Positions 26,498-37,237 of a DNA stretch of 64,000 nt are shown here, in pieces; the first letter of the stretch is position 1; each line of letters opens with the position of its first letter. This DNA comes from an uncultured Chloroflexia bacterium (GTDB taxonomy: Bacteria; Chloroflexota; Limnocylindria; Limnocylindrales; CSP1-4). Position numbers and translations under genes: made by a program. Location: positions 59,363-123,362 of the forward strand of contig CAVYBU010000027.1 in assembly GCA_963766735.1 (NCBI GenBank), in the 5' to 3' direction. The notes beneath the pieces are model-generated. The model ran no database searches. It saw only the letters and a program-made list of their open reading frames with translations, and was not told the origin of the DNA.

Positions 26498-29195
26498 GAA
26501 TGCGCGCGTCCCCACCACCCCGCAGCCCATCGAGATCATCCTGCCCATCGAGGGCATGACCTGCGCGTCCTGCGTCAACCGCATCGAGCGGTTCCTCAAG
26601 AAGACGCCGGGCGTGGAGACGGCCAGCGTCAACCTCGCCACGGAGCGGGCCACGGTCCTGGTGGACCCGGGCACGGCCGGGCGGGACGAGCTGGTGAAGG
26701 CCGTGGAGGCTGCCGGCTATGAGGTCAAGGCGGAGGTCCTCGCCGTCGAAGGTGCGGCCGCTGTCTCGCTCGAGGACGAGATCACCGCCGACGATGCCGA
26801 GCGCGAGCGGGAGCAGCGCCACACGCTGTTCCAGGCGCTGGTCTCGATCGGCGCCGCCATCGTGTTCATGGTCCTCATGTTCGTGCCCCAGACCCTGGTG
26901 CCGATGACGGAGATCAACAAGCTGATCCTGTGGCCGGCCACGTTCATCCAGTTCTGGGCGGGCGGCCGCTTCTACCGCGCGGCGTGGCGGACCGGCAAGC
27001 ACGGCGGGGCCACCATGGACACGCTCGTGGCCGTCGGCACCAGCGCGGCCTGGGGGTACAGCGTGTTCGTGACGATGTGGCCCGAGGTCGTCCACGCGGC
27101 GGGCCTGCATCCCGAGACCTACTTCGACTCCGCGACGATCATCCTGGGCCTCATCCTGCTGGGCAAGTGGCTCGAGGCCCGCGCCAAGGGCAACACGACC
27201 GGCGCCATCCGCCGCCTCGTCGGGCTCCAGGCAACCACCGCACGCCGGATCCGCGGCGCCGTCGAGGAGGACATCCCCCTCGCGGACGTCATCGCGGGCG
27301 ACCTGCTCCGCGTGCGCCCCGGCGACAAGGTGCCGGTGGACGGCGTCGTGATCGAGGGCATTTCGGCGGTCGACGAGTCGATGCTCACCGGCGAGCCGAT
27401 TCCGTCCACCAAGCAGGCCGGGGACGAGGTCATCGGCGCCACCCTCAACACGACGGGCTCGTTCGTCATGCGGGCCACCCGCGTCGGCCGGGACACGGCC
27501 CTCGCCCGGATCGTGGAGCTGGTCCAGCGCGCGCAGGGCTCCAAGGCCCCGATCCAGCGCATGGCGGACCGCATCAGCGAGATCTTCGTGCCGGCAGTGC
27601 TCCTGGTCGCCGCGGCGACCTTCGTCATCTGGTTCGTGGCCGGGCCGGAGCCGCGCCTGACGCTCGCGCTGACCGCGTTCATCGGCGTCGTGATCATCGC
27701 CTGTCCGTGCGCCATGGGTCTTGCCACGCCGACGGCGATCATGGTCGGCACCGGCAAGGGCGCCGAGGTGGGGATCCTCGTTCGCGGAGGCGAGGCGCTG
27801 GAGGCGGCCGGTCGCATCGACACCGTCGTGATGGACAAGACCGGGACGCTGACGCTGGGCAAGCCGGCGGTCGTGTCCCTGGTGGCCGCAGAGGGTTTCA
27901 CGGAGGAGCGCGTCCTGGACCTGGCGGCCTCGCTGGAGACCGGCTCGGAACATCCGCTGGGCGAGGCGATCGTGCGGCGGGCCCGCGAGACGGAGTTGGG
28001 CTTTGCGAAGGCGGAGGCGTTCGAGGCGATCGTGGGACGGGGCGTGCTCGGGCGGATCGATGGCGCCGAGGTGGTCGCGGGCTCCCGACGGATGATGACG
28101 GAGCGAGGCGTGGACCTGGGCTCCCTTGAGGCGGCGGCCGATGCGGCGGCGGCCGAGGGCGGGACGGTCGTGTTCGTGGCCGTGGACGGGGCGGGGGCCG
28201 GGCTCGTGGTCATCTCGGACCCGGTCAAGGCCGAATCCGCCGAAGCCGTCCGGGACCTGCGGGCCGCGGGCATGGACGTCTGGCTGCTCACGGGCGACGC
28301 GCGCATCACCGCCGAGGCGGTCGCACGCCAGGTGGGGATCGCCGCGGACCACGTGATTGCCGAGGTGCTGCCGGGGGACAAGGACGCGACGGTCGAGCGC
28401 CTGCAGGCGGCCGGGCACCGGGTTGCGATGGTCGGCGACGGGATCAACGACGCCCCGGCACTCGCCCGTGCGGACCTGGGCGTGGCAATCGGGACGGGCG
28501 CGGACGTGGCGATCGAGGCGTCCGACATCACGCTCGTCGGCGGGGATCCGCGGCTGGTGGGCTCGGCCATCGCCCTGTCGCGGGCCACGATCCGCATCAT
28601 CCGCCAGAACCTGTTCTGGGCATTTGCCTACAACGTGCTGCTGATCCCGATCGCGATGGGGGTCCTGTACCCGGCCTTCGGGATCACCCTCAATCCTGCG
28701 CTGGCCGCGGGCGCGATGGCGCTCTCGTCGGTCAGCGTGGTGACGAACTCGCTGCGGCTGCGCAAGGTGGACGTCCGGCCCGGGCATGTCACGCAGCAGC
28801 GACGCGGGCCACTGGGCGTGGTGCGCGACGGCGCGTTCCTCGTCGTCGTGGGCGTCGTGGGGCTCACGCTCGCGGGCGGCGTTCTGGCCGCGGACCGGGC
28901 GGTCGATGCGTCCTTGCCGCATGTGGTCGTCACGGTGCGTGACGGCACGTTCACACCGGCGACGATCACGGTGACGGCGGGCGAGTGGACCGTCATCGAG
29001 CTGGCGAACGAGGACGATGTCGTCCGTGACTGGATGATCGACGGCGTGCCGAACCTGGATATCGTCGCGCGGCCCGGTCAGACGGCCCGGCTGCGGTTCG
29101 TGCTGGACACGCCCGGCGAGTACGCGATCTCCGGCGGTTCCGCGATGGGCACCGGCGGCGATATGGCCGGCACGCTGGTGGTCGAGACGCGGTAG
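26496..29195 (+). CDS. copA: Cu(I)-translocating P1B ATPase with C-terminal cupredoxin-like extension
   Basis: GMTCASC, CPC, DKTGT, SEHP, GDGIND, YN and MALSS motifs. Confidence 0.95.
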   Translation: MNARVPTTPQPIEIILPIEGMTCASCVNRIERFLKKTPGVETASVNLATERATVLVDPGTAGRDELVKAVEAAGYEVKAEVLAVEGAAAVSLEDEITADDAEREREQRHTLFQALVSIGAAIVFMVLMFVPQTLVPMTEINKLILWPATFIQFWAGGRFYRAAWRTGKHGGATMDTLVAVGTSAAWGYSVFVTMWPEVVHAAGLHPETYFDSATIILGLILLGKWLEARAKGNTTGAIRRLVGLQATTARRIRGAVEEDIPLADVIAGDLLRVRPGDKVPVDGVVIEGISAVDESMLTGEPIPSTKQAGDEVIGATLNTTGSFVMRATRVGRDTALARIVELVQRAQGSKAPIQRMADRISEIFVPAVLLVAAATFVIWFVAGPEPRLTLALTAFIGVVIIACPCAMGLATPTAIMVGTGKGAEVGILVRGGEALEAAGRIDTVVMDKTGTLTLGKPAVVSLVAAEGFTEERVLDLAASLETGSEHPLGEAIVRRARETELGFAKAEAFEAIVGRGVLGRIDGAEVVAGSRRMMTERGVDLGSLEAAADAAAAEGGTVVFVAVDGAGAGLVVISDPVKAESAEAVRDLRAAGMDVWLLTGDARITAEAVARQVGIAADHVIAEVLPGDKDATVERLQAAGHRVAMVGDGINDAPALARADLGVAIGTGADVAIEASDITLVGGDPRLVGSAIALSRATIRIIRQNLFWAFAYNVLLIPIAMGVLYPAFGITLNPALAAGAMALSSVSVVTNSLRLRKVDVRPGHVTQQRRGPLGVVRDGAFLVVVGVVGLTLAGGVLAADRAVDASLPHVVVTVRDGTFTPATITVTAGEWTVIELANEDDVVRDWMIDGVPNLDIVARPGQTARLRFVLDTPGEYAISGGSAMGTGGDMAGTLVVETR

Positions 29196-29267
29196 GTCGG
29201 GGACGGCGCGCGCGGCGCCGCGGTCCGGCGCGGGCCTGCGCCTGCGCGGGCGCGTAGACTCGGCGTC

Positions 29268-29774
29268 GTGACCGATCAGGCCGCCATCACCCGCATCGAG
29301 GTCCCGGCGGACCCCCGCGATCTGCCGGGCGCGTTCCCGCACCGCTACGTCGTGCAGACGCGGTTCGGGGACACGGACGCGATGGGCCACATCAACAACG
29401 CGCGGTTCCTCACCTTCTGCGAGTCGGCGCGGATCGCGTACTGGGAAGCCGTGACCGGCGAGCCCTTCGGCCTCGTGACCCACGGCGCGGAAGAGTCGCT
29501 GATCCTGGCCGACGTGCGGGTGACGTTCCGGTCCCCCTCGTACTTCGGCGAGGTGCTGACCGTGGAATCGCGGCTGGCGAGAATCGGGCGGACCTCGTTC
29601 ACCGTGGAGCACCGGATCACGGCCGCAGCGTCCGTACGGGGCCGAGCGCGGCTCGTCGCGACCGCCGAGGACGTCCTGGTGCTCTACGACTACGCGACGG
29701 AGCGCCCGCGCGTCATCCCGGATGACGTGGTCTCGCGCCTCGAGGCGTTCGAGGGGCGCCCGCTGCGGAGTTGA
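29268..29774 (+). CDS. Acyl-CoA thioesterase (4HBT hotdog family)
   Basis: RFGDTDAMGHINNARFLTFCESAR. Confidence 0.9.
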   Translation: MTDQAAITRIEVPADPRDLPGAFPHRYVVQTRFGDTDAMGHINNARFLTFCESARIAYWEAVTGEPFGLVTHGAEESLILADVRVTFRSPSYFGEVLTVESRLARIGRTSFTVEHRITAAASVRGRARLVATAEDVLVLYDYATERPRVIPDDVVSRLEAFEGRPLRS

Positions 29775-29875
29775 GTCGGGATCTCCTGCGCGGCAGCGCC
29801 TTGCAGGATCGTGGGCGATGCACCGCGGACGGAACGTGAGCGGAGGTTGCCAACCGGAGGTGAAATCCCCGGGAG

Positions 29876-31142
29876 CTACGCCTCGAAGCGCCGGAAGATC
29901 GTCACCGCGTTCTGGCCGCCGAAGCCGAAGCCGTTGATCGCCACCGTGTCCACCTTGGCCTGTGCGCGCGACGAGCGGCACGTAGTCCAGGTCGCACTCG
30001 GGGTCCGGCGTGTGGAGGTTCGCGGTGGGGGAGATGACCCCGTCCCGGATCCCGCCGAGTGCCGCCAGCGCGGACGCGATCCCCGCCGCGCCCACGAGGT
30101 GCCCGATCATCGACTTGGGCGAGGAGATCGCCCGCGAGGCAGCCGCGGACCCGTAGGCGGTCTTGATCGCCCGCGTCTCGGTGACGTCGTTGAGGGACGT
30201 GGAGGTGCCGTGGGCCACGATCCAGTCGATCTCGTCCGGCGCCACGCCCGAGTTGCGCATGGCGTTCGTCATCGCGCGCGCCTGGCCGCGTCCGGTGGGA
30301 TCCGGCGCGGAGATGTGGAACGCGTCCGCGGTGACCGCCCCACCCAGGATCTCGGCGATCGGCGTGGCACCGCGCTTCAACGCGTGCTCGGCGCTCTCCA
30401 CCACGCAGACGCCCGCCCCCTCGCCCAAAACGAACCCGTCGCGGGTCGCATCGAACGGGCGGGACGCCGTCTCCGGCGAATCGTTCCGCTTCGAGAGTGC
30501 GGTCATGTTCGAGAGTGCCGCGACGCCCATCGGCACGATCGGTGCCTCGGAGCCGCCGGCCAGGACCACGTCGCACTCGCCGGTGGCGATGAGCCGCAGG
30601 GCATCGTGGAAGGCGATGACGGAGGTGGCGCATGCTGCCACTTGCGTCATGACCGGGCCGGTCAGGCCGTACTCGATCGACAGCAGACAGCCGCCCATCG
30701 AGCTGGAGACGGCCGGCACGGCGAACGCAGACACGAACCGCGGGCCCTTCGTGTCGTGGACGTGGGTGCCCTCGATGGTCACCTCGATCCCGCCGCCGCC
30801 GGTGTTGAGGACGACGCCGACGCGGTCGCGCTCCTCCGTGGTCATCGCAGCGAAGTCGATCCCGGACGCGGCCACCGCCTCATGTCCCGCACCCATCGCC
30901 AGGTGGATGTAGCGGCTCATCCGCCGGGCCATCTTGGGATCCATTGCCTGGCCCGGATCGAAGTCGAGAACCTCGGCGGCCATCCGGACCTCGAACGCGC
31001 TCGCGTCGAAGGAGCGGATCAGGCGCGTGCCCGTGACGGCCGCCTGGAGGTTCCTCCAGTACGTCTCGAAGTCGTTGCCGATCGGCATGACCGCACCGAG
31101 GCCGGTGATGACGGCACGGCGCGCGAGGTCGGTCGAGGGCAC
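29876..31142 (-). CDS. fabF: Beta-ketoacyl-ACP synthase II paralog; apparent +1 frameshift near 29964
   Basis: VAACATS, AHGTST, KSMIGH; C-terminus AINGFGFGGQNAV..FEA* lies in an adjacent frame. Confidence 0.88.
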
Positions 31143-31213
31143 GAATCACACCTTCCTGGTGGGGGCGACGGGCGGTGATGGCTGGGCAGGATTGTAGCGG
31201 TCGCTCCAGCGCG

Positions 31214-31280
31214 GACCGCTGGGCGTCGCGCGGCGACCGCTGGGCATCGCGCGGCGACCGCCGGTCATCGCGCGGCGACC
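31214..31280. repeat. Intergenic 21-bp tandem repeat (3 copies plus)
   Basis: GACCGCTGGGCGTCGCGCGGC / GACCGCTGGGCATCGCGCGGC / GACCGCCGGTCATCGCGCGGC. Confidence 0.9.
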
Positions 31281-31303
31281 CGGCCGCCCCTCCCTCCGGC
31301 GTG

Positions 31304-32578
31304 TCAGCGGCCGTCCCAGCGCTTGAAGATGATCGCCGCGTTGTGCCCGCCCAGGCCGATGTTGTTCGACAGGGCGTAGCGGATCGGGCGCTGGATGACC
31401 TCGGGGGTCACCCAGACGTCGGCGTCCGGGTCCGCCTCGCGGAAGTTGATGGTCGGCGGGGCCGTCTGCTCGGCGACGGTCATGACGGTCGCAAAGGCCT
31501 CGAAGGCCCCGGCCGCGCCCATCATGTGCCCGGTCATCGACTTGGTGGCGGTTACCAGCAGCGACTCGCGGCCGCGCGAGGCCCGGTCGCCGAACACGGT
31601 CCAGATCGCGTCGGCCTCACGCTTGTCGCCGACCGGCGTGGAGGTGCCGTGCGGGTTGAGGACGTCCACCTCGTCCGCCGGCACGCCGCGCCGCTGGAGC
31701 GAGAGCTTCATCGCGCGGGCCGCGCCGGTGCCGCCCTCGATGGGCTGGACCATGTCGTGGCCGTCGGCGGTGGAGCCGTAGCCCACGACCTCGGCATAGA
31801 TCCGGGCTCCGCGCGCCGTCGCGACCTCGAGGTCCTCGAGGATCAGGCCGCCTGCGCCCTCGCCCAGGACGAAGCCGTCGCGGGTCCGGTCGAAGGGACG
31901 GCTGGTGTCGGTGATCGGCTCGCCGGGCCGCGGGGAGCCGAGGCCGCGCATGTTGCCGAAGCCCGCATGGGCCACCTCGAGCAGCGGCATCTCTGTGGAT
32001 CCGGCGATCACCGTGTGGACGTCGCCGCGCCGGATGAGCTCCGCGCCCTCGCCCACGCAGTTGGTGCCCGTCGAGCACGCCGTGACGACGCACAGGTTGT
32101 GGCCGATCGCCCCGGTCTCGATCGCGATCATGCCGGACGTCGAATCCACGAGGCCGTTGGCGATGAACGTGGGCGCGACCCGCCCCGGGCCCTTCTCCCG
32201 GAGGATGTGCCAGTTGTCGATCATGAGCTGCTGGCCGCCGGCGCCGGAGCCGAAGATGACCCCCACGTCCTCGCGGTTGGCGTCCGTGATCTCCAGGCCG
32301 GCGTCGGCGATCGCCTGCTTGGCGGCCGCGACGCCGTACCACATGGAGGACTCGCTGCGCCGGATTGCTTTTGGATCCATCCACCGGGCGGCATCGAAGT
32401 CGTGGACCTCGCCTGCGGCCTTCTGGGCATACGGGGTGACGTCGAACTTGGTGATCACTCCCAGGCCGGAGACGCCGTTGAGCAGGTTCGACCAGGCGGT
32501 GTCCTTGTCGTTGCCCACCGGGCTGATGACGCCGAGGCCGGTGACGACGACGCGGCGGGTGTAATCGGGCTGGCGCAC
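31304..32578 (-). CDS. fabF: Beta-ketoacyl-ACP synthase II
   Basis: RRVVVTGLG, VTACSTG, PHGTST, KSMTGH, NNIGLGGHN; SD GAAGGAG. Confidence 0.92.
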   Translation of the reverse strand: MRQPDYTRRVVVTGLGVISPVGNDKDTAWSNLLNGVSGLGVITKFDVTPYAQKAAGEVHDFDAARWMDPKAIRRSESSMWYGVAAAKQAIADAGLEITDANREDVGVIFGSGAGGQQLMIDNWHILREKGPGRVAPTFIANGLVDSTSGMIAIETGAIGHNLCVVTACSTGTNCVGEGAELIRRGDVHTVIAGSTEMPLLEVAHAGFGNMRGLGSPRPGEPITDTSRPFDRTRDGFVLGEGAGGLILEDLEVATARGARIYAEVVGYGSTADGHDMVQPIEGGTGAARAMKLSLQRRGVPADEVDVLNPHGTSTPVGDKREADAIWTVFGDRASRGRESLLVTATKSMTGHMMGAAGAFEAFATVMTVAEQTAPPTINFREADPDADVWVTPEVIQRPIRYALSNNIGLGGHNAAIIFKRWDGR

Positions 32579-32687
32579 GGGGCTCCTTCTGCGGGATCTG
32601 GATTCGCGGGTCGGGCGGGTCTGGTGGCTGGTGTGGACTGGATCGGAGGGTGGTCGCCGGACGTTCGGGGCGCCCGTCAGGCGCTGT

Positions 32688-33665
32688 TCAGGTGCCTTCG
32701 ACGGCGGCGGTGTTGGCGAAGGGGATGGAGAGGCGATCGCCCGCCGCCGGATCGTCGAGTGCGAGCGTGACGGCATCCGGTGCGATGCGGCGGATCAGGC
32801 CGGTGAGGACGCGGCCGGGCCCGATCTCGATGAACGTGGTGACCCCGCGGGAGTGCATTGCCCGTATGGCGCCGACCCAGTCGACGCCGGTGGTCAGGTG
32901 ATCCACGAGCTCCGCCCGGCAGCCGTCCGCGGTGGTGATGAGGCGGGCATCCGCGTTGGCCAGGAGCGCGGGCACCGGATCCCTGAATGTGATGCCCCCG
33001 AGGACCTTGCGCATGCCGTCGGCTGCCTCGGCCATGAGCGGGGAGTGGGCGGCAACGGAGACCGGCAGCTCAATGGCGCGCTTGGCGCCGAGGGTCTTCG
33101 CGATGGCGACGGCTGCCTCCACGGCTGCACGCTCGCCGGAGACGACGACCTGGCCCGGGGAGTTGCGATTGGCGATGCCGAAGATACCGTGCTCCGAGGC
33201 CTGGGCGACGAGCTCCGGGAGGCGGGCGTCATCGAGGCCGATGATCGCGGCCATGCGGCCCTCGCGCCCGGCGCCGGACGCCTGCATCAGCTGGCCGCGG
33301 GTCCGGACGAGGCGGACCGCATCCGCGAGATCGAGGGCGCCCGCGGCGACCAGCGCCGTGTACTGGCCCATCGAATGGCCGGCGGCGAAGGCCGGGTCCG
33401 GGATGTCCACCGAGAGCGCGTTCCAGCGCTCGCGGACGGCCTCGAGATAGGCGATCGAGGCGGCAAGCAGCGCCGGCTGGGCGTTCTCGGTCCGGTTGAG
33501 ATCGTCCTCGGGGCCTTCCCACGCGAGGCGCGAGATGGGCTCACCCAGTGCCTCGTCGGCGGTGCGGAAGACGGCTGCGGCGGCGGGTGAGGTCTCGGCG
33601 AGGGTGCGGGCCATGCCGACGAACTGGCTACCCTGGCCGGGAAAGACGAAAGCGATCTGGTGCAT
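32688..33665 (-). CDS. fabD: Malonyl-CoA:ACP transacylase
   Basis: FVFPGQGSQ, AGHSMG, NSPGQVV, EIGPG. Confidence 0.95.
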   Translation of the reverse strand: MHQIAFVFPGQGSQFVGMARTLAETSPAAAAVFRTADEALGEPISRLAWEGPEDDLNRTENAQPALLAASIAYLEAVRERWNALSVDIPDPAFAAGHSMGQYTALVAAGALDLADAVRLVRTRGQLMQASGAGREGRMAAIIGLDDARLPELVAQASEHGIFGIANRNSPGQVVVSGERAAVEAAVAIAKTLGAKRAIELPVSVAAHSPLMAEAADGMRKVLGGITFRDPVPALLANADARLITTADGCRAELVDHLTTGVDWVGAIRAMHSRGVTTFIEIGPGRVLTGLIRRIAPDAVTLALDDPAAGDRLSIPFANTAAVEGT

Positions 33666-33765
33666 CGAGGGAAGCGTACGGCACGGCCACCGGATCCCGG
33701 CGAAATCCGTGCACGCTTGCAGGAATATCGGGTCCCGCCTACGCTCGGGCGGTGAGAATCCAACC

Positions 33766-34425
33766 GTGACCGAACCCGAGCCGATGCCGTCGTTGCCGCT
33801 GCGCGCCGTTCGTGTCCGGCGCACCCGTGCTTCCGACCCCGCGGCAGGTCCGGCGCTGCCGGAGGCTCTCGTGGTACGGCGACGCGGCCGGGCCTCGGGC
33901 CGCGTGATCGCCCGCACGTTCGAGGCGGACCTCTCGGCATCCGTCGTGGCGGCAGGGACTCGTATCCAGAACGTGCGCCAGATCTCGGAGCGGGTCGCGA
34001 TGGGCCGCGCGCTGTGGCGGGAGCTGGTGGTGGGGTTCGCCTACCAGCTGGGGGAGCTGAATCTCGGCTTCACGCAGCTGGCCGCCCTGTATGTGCTGGC
34101 GGAGGGTGCGACGACCACGATCGCCGACCTGGCCGAGGCGATCGGGCGCTCGTCATCTGCCACGTCCCGGCTGGTGGACGGGCTGGTCAAGCGACGCCTG
34201 GTTGAGCGTCGGCGCGAGGCGGACGACGGCCGGCTGCGCTCGGTCTGGCTCACGCCGCGTGGCCAGGCGATGCTGCGGCGCGTGGACCGGGCGCGCGCGG
34301 AGCAGTTCCTCTCCGCGGTCCGACCGATGCCGCGCGGCGAGCGGTCGCTGGTCGCCATGGGTGTTGCGGCCCTCGCGACGCACGCGATCAGCCGCCGGGG
34401 GCGCCTGGTGCGCGGGGGCGGCTGA
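33766..34425 (+). CDS. MarR-family transcriptional regulator
   Basis: TIADLAEAIGRSSSATSRLVDGLVKRRLVER..DGR..LTPRG; divergent from fabD. Confidence 0.85.
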   Translation: MTEPEPMPSLPLRAVRVRRTRASDPAAGPALPEALVVRRRGRASGRVIARTFEADLSASVVAAGTRIQNVRQISERVAMGRALWRELVVGFAYQLGELNLGFTQLAALYVLAEGATTTIADLAEAIGRSSSATSRLVDGLVKRRLVERRREADDGRLRSVWLTPRGQAMLRRVDRARAEQFLSAVRPMPRGERSLVAMGVAALATHAISRRGRLVRGGG

Positions 34426-34488
34426 GCCGTCGGTGCGTTCGGCCCGCCGGTCGTCCGCGGCAGCGGAGTGGACCGCGGCGAACTGGCG

Positions 34489-35928
34489 TCAGCCGCAGTA
34501 GGCGAGGACCACGTCGTAGAGGACGGGCAGGCCCCAGCGGAGCGCCTCGATGCCCACGCGTTCGTCGGTGCCGTGGAATTGCTCGAGGAATCGCTCACCG
34601 GGCTCAAGCCGGAGTGGCGAGAAGCCGTAGGTGGGGACATCCAGGTTGACCGTGGACTTGGCGTCCGTCGCGAACGGCGCCATGACCGGGACGGGGATGC
34701 CATCGGGGTCATGGGCACGGATCGTGGCAGCCAGGATGTCGTACAGCTCACCGCTCGCGGGAGCCTCGACCGGCAGCGCGCCGTTCATGTGCTCCACGGT
34801 GCAGTGCGGCGCGAGATCGCCGAGGCGGGCAATGACCTCCTCGCGCATGTCGCCCTCGGTGGTGCCGGGCAGCGTGCGGCAGTCGATCTCGATGGTGGCC
34901 ACGCCGGGGATCACGTTGTACTTGAAGCCGCTGTGGATCACGTCGGGGCTGATGCTGTCCCGCAGCAGGGCCCGCAGCGCGCGCGCGTACATCTCGTCGC
35001 AGAGAACGCGCACGGCGGCATCGCTGCGACGCGGGTCGTCCTCGCCGATCGCCCGGGCAAGCGCGGCGGCATCGGGGGGAAGTGACGCGGCAATCTCGTC
35101 GAGCAGGCGGCGCATCACCGGCGTCACGCGCGGCTCGCCCGGGACGGCCAGGCGGCGGACCGCCTCCGCTGCCATCACGGCGGCGTTGTCGTCGCGGGGC
35201 ATGGAGCCGTGGCCCCACGTGCCGTGGACGGTGATGCGGTAGGTCTCGAAGCCCTTCTCGGCCACCTGGATCGGGTAGAACCTGCGCCCGGCCAGGTCCA
35301 TGGAGACGCCGCCAGCCTCGTTCAGGGCGCCGGCTGCGCGCAGCGTGTCCGGCCGGTTCTCCAGGAGCCAGCGGGCGCCGTCGGTGCCACCGGCCTCCTC
35401 GTCGGCGCTGCACGTGAACAGCACGTCCCGGCGCAGGCCGGGGATGGGGTCCCGCGCGGGATCGAGGCCGGCGGCACGGGCCCGTCGCGCCAGGAGGATC
35501 ACGACCATCGTCTCCATCGCCACCATCGCCTTCATGTCGACGGTGCCGCGGCCCCAGACGTAGCCGTCGGCGACGTCGGCCGCGAAGGGCGGGTGCGTCC
35601 ACTCGGTGGCATCGGCCGGGACGACGTCGTGGTGCGAGAGGAGAAGGAGCGCGTCGCCGCCGGTGCCGTCGCCGCGGAGACGGACGGTGACCGTGCCGCG
35701 GCCCGGGACGGGCTCGATGATCTCGGGGTCCAGTCCCTCCGCCTGCAGCTCGGCGGCGATGAACCTCGCCGCCTCCGTCTCCGCGCCGGGAGGATCCGGC
35801 GGGTTGATCGAGGGGATGCGGACGAGATCCCGGAGGAAGCGGACCAGCTGCTGGTGGGCCGCGTCCCACGTCGCGAGGTCCAGCGCGGCCGACGGCAGGT
35901 CCGCGCGTGGGCCGTCGGGGACCTTCAC
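34489..35928 (-). CDS. M20/M25/M40 family metallo-hydrolase
   Basis: HHDVVP, GRGTVDMK, ADEEAG, NEAG, FHGTDER. Confidence 0.92.
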   Translation of the reverse strand: MKVPDGPRADLPSAALDLATWDAAHQQLVRFLRDLVRIPSINPPDPPGAETEAARFIAAELQAEGLDPEIIEPVPGRGTVTVRLRGDGTGGDALLLLSHHDVVPADATEWTHPPFAADVADGYVWGRGTVDMKAMVAMETMVVILLARRARAAGLDPARDPIPGLRRDVLFTCSADEEAGGTDGARWLLENRPDTLRAAGALNEAGGVSMDLAGRRFYPIQVAEKGFETYRITVHGTWGHGSMPRDDNAAVMAAEAVRRLAVPGEPRVTPVMRRLLDEIAASLPPDAAALARAIGEDDPRRSDAAVRVLCDEMYARALRALLRDSISPDVIHSGFKYNVIPGVATIEIDCRTLPGTTEGDMREEVIARLGDLAPHCTVEHMNGALPVEAPASGELYDILAATIRAHDPDGIPVPVMAPFATDAKSTVNLDVPTYGFSPLRLEPGERFLEQFHGTDERVGIEALRWGLPVLYDVVLAYCG

Positions 35929-35932
35929 GGGA

Positions 35933-36184
35933 TCAGGACGGGCCCGTGATGAGCACGGCGATGATGCCGAGCACGAACCCGAGCGCGACGATGCCGGCGG
36001 TCATCGCAACCAGCAGTCGGACGTACTGACGCTCCCGGGCGACGGTCTGCGGAAGGTCCGGGTCGTTGCCACCGGCGATATAGGGCTGCTGGAGGCCGCG
36101 CTTGCGCGCGTGCTCGTTGCGGACGGCGTCGTACTGCTCGGGATCGGGCGGCAGGGGGGTGGTCGCGGGGGCCGGATCGGTCAC
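35933..36184 (-). CDS. Small membrane protein, hypothetical
   Basis: 83 aa, single C-terminal TM helix, in operon context. Confidence 0.65.
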   Translation of the reverse strand: MTDPAPATTPLPPDPEQYDAVRNEHARKRGLQQPYIAGGNDPDLPQTVARERQYVRLLVAMTAGIVALGFVLGIIAVLITGPS

Positions 36185-36232
36185 GTGGACATGATGCCCC
36201 GTGGCGGGTTTCGGTGCCGCCCCGCCGCGGGA

Positions 36233-37237
36233 TCAGATCGCGTCGAAGAGGGGCTGGATGGCGTCGGCATCCGATCTGCCCTCGCGGAGCGCAAGGCGGA
36301 GCAGGATCCGCGCCTTCCACGGCTGGAGGTCGTCTGCGACGAGCCAGCCACGGGCGGTCAGCGATGGCACGCGGGGCACCCGCCCAGACCCGACGCGGGA
36401 CGCCTGGCAGACGACGACGCCCGCCGCCCCCGCTCGCTCCAGTGCCTCGATCTCGCCGGTGGTCGGGTAGCCGGCGCCGGTCCCGGCGCTCACGATCCCG
36501 CGCGCTCCGGCCGCCACGGCCGCATCGACCAGGGTGCCGTCTGAGCCCTGGTGGCTCACCACCACGTCGACGCGCGGGAGGCTCCGAAGGTCCGCGCCGG
36601 CGAAGGAGCCCCGCAGGGTGATCCCGCGGGCGGGCAGATGGGCCAGCACGACGCGCCCGTCGCCGTCCACCCAGCCGAGCGGTCCGGCGGCTCCGTCCGC
36701 GAAGGCGTTGGTGCGCAGCGTGTTCGCCTTGGTCACGTCACGGGCACCATGGATCGTGTCGTCCATCACGACGAGCGCACCCAGCCCGCGCGCCGCCGGC
36801 GACGCCGCCACGCGAATGGCATTGACCAGGTTGAGCGGCCCGTCGGCGGAGAGCGCGGAGGCCGGACGCATCGCGCCGGTGAGCACCATCGGCGCATCGC
36901 CCGCTACCACGAGATGCAGGAGCCAGGCGGTCTCCTCGAGGGTGTTCGTCCCGTGCGTGACGACGATCCCGTCCGCATCGCCGCTGTTCGCCAGGCCCCG
37001 CACGAGCGCGACCAGGTCAGCGAGGTCGTCGTCGGTGATGGCGTGGGTGCGGAGGCGGCGGAACGGGACCTCGGTGACGTCCGCGATGGCTGCGAGCTCC
37101 CCGGCGACCCCGGCGAGGAGCTCGCCGGGCTCCAGGCGAACCCCGGTCTCGAGATACGCGGCGAGGTCCAGCCGGTCCCTCCCGACCGAGTCGATGGTGC
37201 CGCCGGTCGTGACGACCGCGATGCGGGGGTGGCTCAC
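36233..37237 (-). CDS. L-asparaginase/glutaminase family
   Basis: TTGGTI, VTHGTNTLEET, TGAMRP, DGPLN, TKANT. Confidence 0.92.
   Translation of the reverse strand: MSHPRIAVVTTGGTIDSVGRDRLDLAAYLETGVRLEPGELLAGVAGELAAIADVTEVPFRRLRTHAITDDDLADLVALVRGLANSGDADGIVVTHGTNTLEETAWLLHLVVAGDAPMVLTGAMRPASALSADGPLNLVNAIRVAASPAARGLGALVVMDDTIHGARDVTKANTLRTNAFADGAAGPLGWVDGDGRVVLAHLPARGITLRGSFAGADLRSLPRVDVVVSHQGSDGTLVDAAVAAGARGIVSAGTGAGYPTTGEIEALERAGAAGVVVCQASRVGSGRVPRVPSLTARGWLVADDLQPWKARILLRLALREGRSDADAIQPLFDAI

Noticed and set aside
26316-29875. 1608-aa FabF mega-protein (PKS-like)
   Set aside because: Frameshift read-through into the antisense of the thioesterase and copA; the extension has no domains
29775-29875. 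Structured RNA containing GGTGAAATCC between the thioesterase and fabF
   Set aside because: Lies between convergent gene ends and has no further riboswitch elements
31214-31280. CRISPR mini-array (also considered for 47211-47275 and 5505-5568)
   Set aside because: Head-to-tail repeats with no unique spacers and no cas genes
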